DNA of 64,000 nucleotides, from NCBI GenBank assembly GCA_013265495.1, contig MU057809.1:981062-1045061 (forward strand). The letters are read 5' to 3'. This DNA is from Vicugna vicugna. Taxonomy: Eukaryota. The position numbers were made by a program, and so were the translations under genes. A model generated the notes under the pieces. It saw nothing but the letters and a program-made list of their open reading frames with translations, had not been told where the DNA came from and searched no databases. Below, piece by piece: positions 11,512-22,175 of this stretch. Each line of letters begins with the position of its first letter. Positions within the stretch are counted from its first letter, which is position 1.

Positions 11512-13254
11512 CGGGCCCAGGCCCTCACACACTGGTGTTCAGGCACACTCTCGGCAAGGCCCAGCAGGCGGTCCGCCACCTTGTTTGGAAAGTGGAAACA
11601 CTTGCCTGCAGCCCGTAGGGCCCCCATCAAAACTAAAAGAGAAGGAGCCCCACTTTAATTTCTGGAGTTAATGCAGTGCCGAGGTGACCGTCCCACACTG
11701 ACAGGACAGACTGGGACTACGAGGTGTCCAGGCCAAGGCCTGGCTCTGATTCAGCAGGGGATGGAGTCATCCTCCCGCTTATGAGAGGGTCCCACTGTGG
11801 CTCTCCCGCTCCCATCACCAACAGACAAACGGGGTTCTTGATGGCCACCCTCTCGGGCCTGACCCAGCACCAGCTGTGCGTCAGACCTTGGGGACCCTGG
11901 GGATGGTGAGATCAATGTGCCCCGTCCCCCCTTGAGGAGCTGGTGGAGGGAAGGGCCGGTGAGGGCTGGTGTGAGTTCTCATGGAGGACCCACCGGGAGC
12001 ACCGAGTGGGCCGGCTGGCCAGCCAGGCTCCCACACCAGGACAAACATGGGACAGCACAGCGCCAGCCTCTCGTTGACCGCTGCAGCCGGCTCCAACAGA
12101 CAGAAAGGCCATCAGTCAGTGAGACCTCACTGCGGCTGAGTCGGGGAGGGAAGTCCCGAGCAGAGGCAGCTGGGAGTCCACGAGAGACGGGGGGCACATG
12201 GGGCCACAGCAGGGTCTTCCCTGCTTCATCGCCTCCTACCTGAGCCCCTCCCCGCCACAGCCCCTCACCTGCAACTGCGCTCACTCGAGCAGCAAGCATC
12301 CTATACCCACCCAAAGGCTGCGCCTGTGAGCTGTCTTCTCACCACGCAGCTTAACCGCGGTGCTCTGGTGCCTTCCCTCTTTAAACAGCCACCGCTGCCG
12401 CCGACAGCCCCACCTCCACTCTGGTCAACAGCGAGCGGCCTCAGCGGCGTCCCCTGGGGCGCTGACACCCCCACCTCTCCCTAGGCCTCCGACCTGTGCC
12501 CCCTTGGCGCCAGCTGGCCTCTCACCCACTGGCCCTGCTCGCGGGTGCGTCCTCTCACCTTTCAGGGCCTTCATCCCAGCGCTCAACGGCCTGCCCCGGC
12601 CCACCGTGGTCCCTCTGTGGTCCCGCCCGCAGGTAGGGCACTGTCCCTTCACTGACTCCCTCAGCAGGCCCGGCCACCCAGTAAACGTGCTTACGGTGAC
12701 TGAAACCCCAACAGCTCTCATCCTCAGGATGAATCTAAACAGGGTTCACTTCACAAGGCCCCGGATTTCAACCGCAGCAGGTGCACCAACATCCTGGGTC
12801 TCGTTTGACTCCCACTCAGAACCAGCAGAGAAGGCGCCGCCATCCCTGCTGGGCAGGCGAGGAAAGTGAGGCACCCAGAACTTGCCAGAACCGGCCAGTG
12901 TTCTGCCCCCAAGGATCTCAACCCTGGACAGACGTCCAGGTTGCCTGCTGGGAAGGGCTGCTGGGTGGATGGAAATGGCAGTGGTCAGGGCCCCTGACTC
13001 CTCAGCTGCCGCCCCAGATCTGGGGCCAGCGTCCTGGGGACGCCGTCTTCGGGCTGCATCCACCTGGCAACGCCCAGGGCCCCGTGGCACAGAGCACCCA
13101 GGCCCTGGACGACAGGAGACACCCACAACCTCCAGGATGCCCCGTCTGACTCACCTGGCGTGGAGAGGACGAGGTGCCCAACCAGGTGCTCAGAAAAAAA
13201 CTGTTTTAAAGCTTGCTGACCAAAAAACCCCAAAATGGATCATTTTAAAATAAA

Positions 13255-13720
13255 AGCAAATGCTGGAGACTTTCATTATGTACAACATTTCTATTAAAGC
13301 AGAACAAACTCCGGGCTATATCGAACCAGTTCCGCTGGGATCTGTGTCCGCCGGGACCCACTATTCAGGCTCCGTCTCATTCACATAGAGGCTTAATTGG
13401 CATTTCATGCCTGCATTGTGTCCCGGGGATGAGCGAGGTGTAATTATGGTAAAGAGAGCGCTCCACCGGCTCTGGCTCCATTCATGTCATTCATCGCGTC
13501 AGAATGAGCACAGATGTTCCGCTGAAGGACAGAGAGGAAGATGAGCGCTTTCAAATGACACTACTTTAGTTTAAAACTTCATTTAAAATAAAAAGTTATT
13601 TAAGCGAAATTTACAACAGTGTTCTCCTCCCTTTGTTTTACTTGCAATAGGGCATCAACGTCAAAGGCTGGTTCCGCTTAATTTGATTTCTCATTTTCAG
13701 ATGAACATCTGTGTTTAGGT
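13255..13720. promoter_or_regulatory. AT-rich non-repetitive island, candidate enhancer or conserved non-coding element
   Basis: GC drops sharply and no repeat is recognisable. It contains TAATTG (13394), TAATTA (13441), CAGATG (13511) and an inverted E-box pair CAGATG-AA-CATCTG (13698-13711). Confidence 0.45.
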
Positions 13721-14676
13721 CTAAAAAGCTTTGTGGAAACATACGGGACCCGAAAGGGCCTGAACAAGGCCTGCCTCTGCAAACACTTGACCGCCAGGAA
13801 GGCCCGCCTTCACAGGGGCCCAGGGTTGCGGGCGGGGGTGCTGCTCTGGCTCCCTCCCCACCTCAAGTTGCCAAGGAACTTCCTGCTTTTCAGAGTGGAG
13901 ACCTCGGAAGCAGCGCCCCCGGGCAATCACTCAGGCTCAGGGCTTCCTCCAGCCAGCAGTGGTGCTCGTGGTGGCCTCCAGGGAGATGGCCCATCAGGTT
14001 CTGCTCCTCCTCCCACGGTGTGTGGACACCAGCTGCTTGGGGACCTGGCCCCCAGGGCTGGACAGCCAGGGACCCCACATCCACCCCCGGCTCAGAGCCC
14101 CAGGCACAGAGGAACCACTCTGGGTCCCACAAGAGACAGGCCTACCTCCAGGGCCCCCAGTGCCAGGCATGCCACCTTGAGGGGACACGTGAAGGCTGGG
14201 CCCCAGCTATGCTCCTGAACTGGCCCCCGGATGTCAAGAAGATGGCGACCTCCTCACGTCTCGGTTTCCTCTCTGCCCACGTGGACAACACCCGAGCCCA
14301 GCTGCCCACAAGCCACTGAGGGCAGACCCAGAAGCTGGCACAGAAAGCAGTCCTGGGTGCATGCGACAGGAATAAAGCCCCACCTTCAGCCCCACGTCAG
14401 TCAGGCCCAGCGAGGACACTCAGAAATGGGGTTCCCGGGGCTGCGGGAGTCAGAATTCCTGAGCCAGGAGGCGCGGGGACGATGGGCCACGGGGACAGCC
14501 CCGCGGCCCAGCTGCTTTCTGTGCTGTCCCCACATGGGAACAGGTCAATCTTCTCGGCAGCCGCCTCCTGGGTACCAGGGCGAGGCCAGCACAGAGCCCA
14601 CCGCCGCAGCGTGCGTCTAATAGCCTGGAACACGGCTCCGTTTCTACAGCACTGTATTTAAAAATCTCTAAATAAA

Positions 14677-14812
14677 NNNNNNNNNNNNNNNNNNNNNNNN
14701 NNNNNNNNNNNNNNNNNNNNNNNNNNNNNNNNNNNNNNNNNNNNNNNNNNNNNNNNNNNNNNNNNNNNNNNNNNNNNNNNNNNNNNNNNNNNNNNNNNNN
14801 NNNNNNNNNNNN
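14677..14812. other. Assembly gap (136 N)
   Basis: Run of N. Confidence 1.
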
Positions 14813-16559
14813 TACTCCTTTGAATCCATTTGGTTACTTTCTGAACACACACAAGTCCTGCAGTTTGCAAGGACCATCGCCCCCCGCATCGTGGTGCGGG
14901 TCAGGGAGCTCGGCACGGCCGCGACGTCCCCGGGGCCCAGGGAGGAAGGGCAGGCCACGCCTTCCCAGGCTGGGAGTCTGTTCTGGCCTTTTAAAGGTGA
15001 CAGGAATTTCTGTGTGTCAAACCAAGGCCTTCCATCAAGCGCTCCCACTCGGTGACTGTGCAGTTTATCCAAGCCCACCCTCCCAACCCCTCAGATATTC
15101 TCACAGCCCCTCCAGTGGCCAGGCTGCAACTTAGCAACCACGCTGCACCCCGAGCCCCGGCACACAGCGCACACACCCACGACGGCCAAGGCTGTCCCCA
15201 AACCCCTCGTCCGGAGCCAGGCCCCAGCAGGAGGTGGACACCGGGGGCTTTGTGGGTCGCGGAGCAGCAGCCCCGTACCTCCTCTGTGTGCTGCTCTACT
15301 TCTACTGACATGACCCAAGGAAGAGCTCACTTCTGACCTCACGACACAGCAGGGATCAGTCTGAGAGACACTAACCCCACTGCCAGCGCAGGCAGCGGTT
15401 CTTGGCCTCCAATGTCTCTCTTCCGTCCTGGGTAAAATTTGCCTTGCTGAAGGAGCCTTTGTTTCAGGCTGTGAAGACGCCGTGGGTTCCTCCATGGGTT
15501 TAACCAACCAATACACATGGTTGCTGGGTCCAGACCCACCACTTGCCCCGCCACCAGCCCCAGCAGAGGGGCCAGGACACACATCGTGAGGAAGATGCTC
15601 ACACCACTCACAACAGTTCCCAGCAGAACAAAGCAACACTTCTTATCCAAACAAAGTGCATCAACCGGGTCCTCGAGTCACTTTTCTCTCTCCCCACTGC
15701 CTTGTGTCCTGCGTACAACTGAAGGGAGGAAAAACTGACCAGGAAACAGTGCCGGGTAGGAAGGCGGGAAGAATCTGAATGCAAACGCCCTGGATGTGAC
15801 GAGGCTGCGTGCCCAAGGAGTGCCCCAGCAGGGGTCAAGGCGAAGCGAGGGCGAAGACAGAGCTGCCACCAGCAGGGCCCCCGGAGGCGAGGCGGGGCTG
15901 AAGGATGGAGGGGGCTGGGCAGACCCAGCTTCTGCCCACAGTCAGCCACCAGTCAGAGGCAGAGCCAGGTCAAGACTGGCAAACACCAGGCTCCACTCCC
16001 CGCCCTCCACACGCCGCCCACTCCCTGCAGCAGGAAGAGCTTCAAGGTGGTGACCCCGAGTGCCTGGCATGGGCCCCAGCCAAGGAGCTACGTACTAGAT
16101 GAACACGTGCAGCATCTCCCTTCAGTCCCAAGAGAATTGGAATAAAGGAAAAGGCAGGCTGAGGGAGGAAAGACAGACAAGTGACCTTGGGGCTTTCTCA
16201 GGCTACTGAAGGACACCAAATCAAGCCGTCGGAAATCTGACCCTGACTCGGGAAATCAGAGGGAGGAAATGGGGTCTACTTGCCAGGCTTCTCACGTGAG
16301 AAACCCAGCAGCGCAGACAGGGAGCATGTTCGGCAGGCCTGGGAGGGGAGGTGGGCCTCCACGTGCACCATCCACACCCCCATCAGAACGGCCGCCAAGG
16401 CCACAAGCAGCCCCTGGCCGCATGGGCGCCTGCAGCTGCAGAAGGGCCCGTCCACTGGGAAAACGGCAGGTGGGTTCTCGTGGAGCTGACCGCTGCTGTG
16501 ACCCAGCCACACCACTACTGACCTTTGCACACTTACCAGCTCTGTCCACCGAGGGGCTG

Positions 16560-17430
16560 AAGGCGTGAACACACCTCCCACCCAGGTACTGGCTCTCCAT
16601 CAACAGGAACCCGAGCGTCCTGGAAAAAGGGTCGATGCCGTGAAAGGCGCAGAGAAAATCCAAGTTCAGAGCATTGTGCGACGCTGGGAAGGTAGGAAAC
16701 ACTCCAAACAAGACAGTGGGAGTCAGAAGAGCACAAGAGCCAACTGCAAAGAGCTCCCACAGGTCAGAGGTCAAAGGCCAGAGGTCAGACCATCTGAGTA
16801 GCTCGGGGCTGCAGAGCGCTGAGCTCAATGAGACGCTGTCCGCAGTTCACGCCGGCATTAAACGACCAACGGAGGAAACACGCGGGGAGAAGGGACGAGT
16901 CTCCCCCTGAGAAGCCCAGCCCCGAACGCACCAGACACAAGGGAAACGGACGACCCCTGTGCCCTATGGAGGCGGCGGCCGCAGGCGAGGCCCCCCAACG
17001 AGCCCGAGAGCGAGCGCCCTGCAGGCCGGGAGGGAACGGGCTGTCGGCAAGGTCCTGGCACGTCCCCAGGGACACTTCCTGACCAGAGGGGAGCGCCCGG
17101 CCTCGCAGCAGAGAAACAAGCAATCGAGGCCGGCAGCACGGGAAACAGACGGTGCCAACGCCACGCACCCCGCACGACGCGCAGAGGAGGCACAGCGTCG
17201 CTTCTGCGGTCTCACACCTCAGCCTGACCAGACAGAAAGTCACCCCCCAACACCGCGGCGTTCTGCAGCCCTGCCACCCACCCCTTAGCCCAGCGCTCCT
17301 GCGCGTCTCGGCAGAGGAGAGCGGCGGGCGCAGGATGAGCTCAGAGACGGTCCGCGGATGCTGTGCGCTGGCTGCGGCGGCCGGCACCCTGCCCAGCCGG
17401 CCTGAGCCCTGGCCGGCCTCCGCCCATGGC
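16560..17430 (+). mobile_element. L1MC-like 3'UTR remnant, strongly GC-shifted
   Basis: aacaggaacccgagcgtcctggaaaaa, gagccaactgcaaagagctcccac, ggggagaagggacgagtctcc and cagcgtcgcttctgcggt match successive L1MC 3'UTR motifs (from memory). Confidence 0.6.
16761..16787 (+). promoter_or_regulatory. Four nuclear-receptor half-sites in DR1 spacing
   Basis: AGGTCA-G-AGGTCA-A-AGGCCA-G-AGGTCA. Confidence 0.6.
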
Positions 17431-18161
17431 TCCTTCCTGGCGCCACACCCCAGAGCTGGGTGAGGGGTGCAGCCTGAACGAAATCAGTGAGTAGGTGGCT
17501 CCGTTTGAAACGAACGCTGAAGGCTGAACAGGACCCAGCGTGATTCATCCACATGCTCCCTGAAGCACCTAAGACGCGCCCCTCAAGGGCAGGTGTGCAA
17601 CGAACGGTTCCTAAACCAGCGAGGAGGAGCCCCGCCCTCCTTCCTCCTGGCAGGCAGGATGACTCAGCAGAGCGGGCGTGGGCGAGCTCGGGGACACGGT
17701 CAGGGGCACCCCAGTGGAGGTGACAGGAGGGGTGCGGAGGAGGTGCAGGGAGGACGGGGCATGGATGAGCCAACTCGGGGGCCTGCGGACACACGGGCAC
17801 AGGGAAAGCAGGCCAGGCCACGTGACGCACTGGTGAGGGTGGCTGCGCCAGCTGGATGTCAGAGGAGACCCAGGCAAAGGTGGGACAGGTCAGCAGATTT
17901 CAGGATTTCACGGTGGGGGGGACGGGGGAAGGAGTCCAGATATTTCAGAATGAGGGAAGGGCCCTAATCAAGGAGATACCGTCACTGCCATGCATGGAGG
18001 TGGCCGGCCGGGGCTCCATCTGGAGCCTGGGCTCCTGACTACAGGCGTGCCTCTGGGAGAGAGGAAGCTGCGGGCCGCGAACAAGTGCTCGGACTAAGAA
18101 GGCTTCCGCCAGGAAGCAGCAGCTAAGGCGCACGAGGAGCACCCCTGGGGGGAGCATCCGG

Positions 18162-18175
18162 GCGCCACCTGGAGG
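18162..18175 (-). promoter_or_regulatory. CTCF core-like motif
   Basis: The minus strand reads CCTCCAGGTGGCGC against the consensus CCRSYAGRKGGCRS (one mismatch). Confidence 0.35.
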
Positions 18176-21049
18176 GAGGAGGGGACGAGCACATGGCTCT
18201 GACCCTGGCCACACAGCGTTCCTGGGGCCGGGCCAGGGGGCCCCCGAGTCTGCCCCCAGTCCTGCTTAGTCACCAGAGCTGCTCCTTCCAGACAAGCTGG
18301 GCACGACCGGCCCAGGGGGCAGAGGGTCTGCACAGGGGGACTCTTGCCTCAACACAGCTTCCCACACAGCACAGGGAACACTCGCCCTCCAGAGCCGCAA
18401 CACAGCAGGCAGGCCGCTGCCCCTGCCAGGCGACGGTGCGGGGACAGCACGTGCGAGGGCTCTTAGCACGATGTGCTTGTTTACCAACAGGGCGCCCTGA
18501 CCCTTGGGACTAAGTCATTCATTTCCCTGCACAAGAACAGCAGGACAGCCAGCATCCGGGGCCCCTGGGCCCCCCGAGTCCCCTCCAAACACACTTAGTA
18601 ACCACTGCCCCCAGAGGGGCAGCTCCAAGGAGCCAGAAGACCACACCCCCTGACCCCAGGGGCACCGAGAGGCTCTCGGACCTCTGTCCACCTGGGCTCC
18701 CGACACCCGCATCAAAAAGCCTGCCATTCCTGAACACCTGGCCTCAGGCCCGCCGCCCCGCCTGGGGGACAGAGCCACTCGACTCTCCAGGGCCCTTCCC
18801 ACAAGCTGGCCTGCACGCAGCAGCTCAAGGCGCTGGTCTGACCTGCCGCAGCGAAGGCCATCCTCCCGTCTCCCTCCTGACAAGCACAGCCTCTTCCTGG
18901 GACTGTGAGGCTGTCAGCCTCAAACAAGCACGTACAGGACACACGGGCCAGGGCGTGCAGGTGCGTGCACATGCGAGCGCACAGGGGTGTACGCTGAGCG
19001 ACCCGAGCACGGAGGAATGACCTGGGGCCGGGGACCGGAGGCGCAGCTGAGCGGCCCGAGCACGGTGGGAGGCGCACATCTCAGCCTTTTCTGCTCTTTT
19101 CTCCCAGACCAGCCGTGCAGAAGCCGGCTGACGACAGGCCCTCAAGGTCTAGGCTTCCCAGAACACGGGACTCGGAGCAGACACAGGAGGAGCTCCCCCT
19201 CAGCCCTGCTCGACGATGGTTCTGGAGGTGCATCCGTCCCCTGCTCTGCCCCGCCTGTCTCTCGTGTCCCCAGAGGAGCCCTGGGAGGCAGGCTCTACCG
19301 ACGACCTTCCCCTGGAGGCAGTGCAGTCACAGGCTGTGTTTCCTTCCAAAGCAATGTCGGACGGAGGGTAAAGGACGGCCCAGATGGCGCGTCTGGCGGT
19401 CCCCCCGCCGTGTGGGTCGCTGCTTATTTACAGCAGAGGAAGCGGCTCTTTCACACACTGGTCCCCTTCCCTCTGCCTTCTGTGCAGACCGGGCTCAAAG
19501 CCGTTTGTCAGGACACCAGACTCCTTGTGCGCTCGCTTCAGCAACCAGCCCCTGGGAGACGCCGTCAGCCCTGCCCACCCGGGTCGGCAAGGAAGAGCCA
19601 CAATCTCGAGCTGTGCACCGAGCCCCGCCCGGCAGCGACTGCAGGCAAGGTCCGCCCAGCAGTGCAAGGCCTGCGCTGGCATGTCTGTCTGCCGACACAC
19701 TCCTGTCCCCTCCACTCTCTCCCGATTTGAAGAATCAAAACAAGGGACCCAAACAAGGGCCCTCCCTCCCCAGTTCTCTGAAGTGAGAAGGTTCCGGGCC
19801 AGAGGCTGCCCCTTGGACCGTCGGGGCCCACCTCCCACTCTTCCAGACAGAAGCCCACCTGGGCACTTGGGGCAAGGTCGCCACAGCACATGCTTATTTT
19901 AATGGGACAAAGCTGGAAGATGCTACTCCGGTGGCTCTGAGACACAACTCCGGTGATTCAGGGCTGCCCCGGCCTGCAGGGAGTTCAGGCCCTCTGACCT
20001 GGTGGGAGGGCAGCAAGCAAAGCCGGGGCCCGTACCTGGAGTCCGCTGCCGGGGTGGCCAGTGGAAGGACAAGGAGGGCAGGTGTGGGAGGTGGTCGGAG
20101 CTTAGCACGGGCGCTATGCGGGGAGGAGAGCTCCAAGCCAGCTGCTCTGGCTCTCCGTGTCAGCGCCCACAGCTCTACGCTCCCCCTCCGCCCGACCACG
20201 GCCGCGGCTCCCTCTGGAATGGCGCGCCCCCAGGTGCTGCCCTCAGTGCCCCTCAGAGGTCACCATCAACATCGCAGGCCAAGGAGTCACAGCTCACTCC
20301 TCATCTCAACGTCTGATGCCAGCCTGGGCCTCCCCACTCCTGCTGGGCCTCCCTCCCGGAAGGCCACAGAGGCACCTCCAATTCCCAAACAGCCACTTTA
20401 CGCCTGGGGCCTGTGGGCAATCCCGTCCCTCCTCCCAAGTTCTCTGGATTAAAAGCTCAAGAGTTAGACACCCGACAGCCTCCCCTGCTCTCCGCCCTCT
20501 GCGTCCGGGGGCTGCCACAGCCTGGCCCCACCACCGGACATCCCGCACGACTTCCTGGAAGCCAGCACCCCTCTCCCACTGGTTTCCCACTGGCCCACTC
20601 CCACCCAACAGCTCGTCCTGTGTGTTAAGCCAAGTAACACCTGCATGAAGTAGAGCTCTGGTCACATTACCCCCCCACGACTTCCCCCAGGCTGAAATAA
20701 GGCCACACCCCCGGGGTCAGCCCTCCCCAGCCACTACTGTGAGGCCCGGGACACCCAGAGGGGAGGAGGTGCCTGCAGTGCGGGCACGGCTCCCAGACGC
20801 TGAGCCAAAGGCCCCCCACGCGAGCAGGAGCACATCCCCAGCCCTGGCCGGGCCTTCAGGGCCGTTTATGAGAGCCGTTCCCAGAAGCCGCCAGACACCA
20901 GGAGCTGTGTCTTCCATCGCTTTGTTTCCCCAACAACACAAAACCAAGGCTTTTTTAAAACATAAAACATTGTAATTATTCTGGCGCATCATTCCAAGAG
21001 AGATTTGTACACAGGAGCACATGCCAGGAAAGGCGAGCTGGGGCGACCA

Positions 21050-21900
21050 AGACGAGAACACGGCCCAAAGCCCCGTGGCACAGAGCTTCACACGGGAGAG
21101 GAGCGCGGGCCTCAGAGACGCGGCCCTCCCCCTGCCCGGGGCCGAGCGCGGACACGGAGCGCCCTCCGGCGTGCCCGGCGCCAGACCGTGCTGAGACGGC
21201 AGCCCGGCCAGGGCAGGGCGGCCTCCGCCGTGGGGCGACGTCTGGGGGCACCGCAGGGTGGATCCCTGCCAGGACGCGCTCACAGAGACGCCGCTGCACA
21301 ACCGGGCACCGAGGCGGGTGCGAACACCTGCCGCTGGGGCGTCACAGGGGGACCGGACACGCGGACGCAGGGACCACGGGGCTCCTGCGGGGAGCGTCCA
21401 AACCAGGCCAAGTGGACACTGCGGATGGCAGACTCCCTGCGGGCAGCGACCACAGGGCAGAACCAGACCACACAGCTCTAGGCCTTTCCAGCTCTGAGGT
21501 GGCACGGCGAGTTTGTGCCCCACAAACGGACAGCACCTCCGTTCTCACGGGAAGCGTAGGCACTGAGGACAGCTGTGAGGACGCGCCCCCGTGAGCACCA
21601 GAACTGCAGAGTTAGGTGCACGCGCTCCTCCCCGGAGGAGCGCGGCGGGGACGCCGGGAGACCGAGCGGAGCACACACCGCTCAGCCTGACAGAGCCGCG
21701 GCGGTCCTGACGCAGAGGCCGCAGGCACCCCCGCCGAGCAGGCCGCACACTAGCAGACCTTCAGGGCGAGCGTCTCCCCGTGCAACGTGGATGGTGCGGC
21801 CGGTCGGGGCAGCCCCCGAAGCACGGCCCGCGGCAGGCACCAGAGCCCCGAGGGTCTGCGTGATGCTCCGCAGGTCGGGGGCCTGATCACTATTTCTGTC
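21050..21900. other. CpG-dense intronic segment (CpG-island-like), partly resembling a GC-shifted L1 3' remnant
   Basis: CG density is very high by inspection. The order of motifs at 21270-21480 resembles the L1 3' consensus. Confidence 0.5.
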
Positions 21901-22163
21901 CTGCCTCCCTTGCTGGCCTGTGAGCTCCGTGAAGCCAGGGATCCTCCTGTGCTATCCGCAGCGTCAAGGCAACTGCCAGGCACTGGCCAGTGCCACAGGG
22001 ACCCACAGAGCCATGCAGACAGACGGACGGACGGAGTAGAGGCGGCAGAGACAGGGCAGGGAGAGTCACCTACAGATGAAAACTGAGGGAAAAGTCCGGA
22101 AAACAAAACCCCCAGCCGTCAAAAGTGATGGCCCTGGTGGGAGAGAGGCTGCCGCCAGCTCAC

Positions 22164-22175
22164 GGTGACGTCACC
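22164..22175. promoter_or_regulatory. Perfect CRE palindrome GGTGACGTCACC
   Basis: A full TGACGTCA extended to a 12-bp palindrome, next to a TAAT-rich cluster at 22207-22230. Confidence 0.5.
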
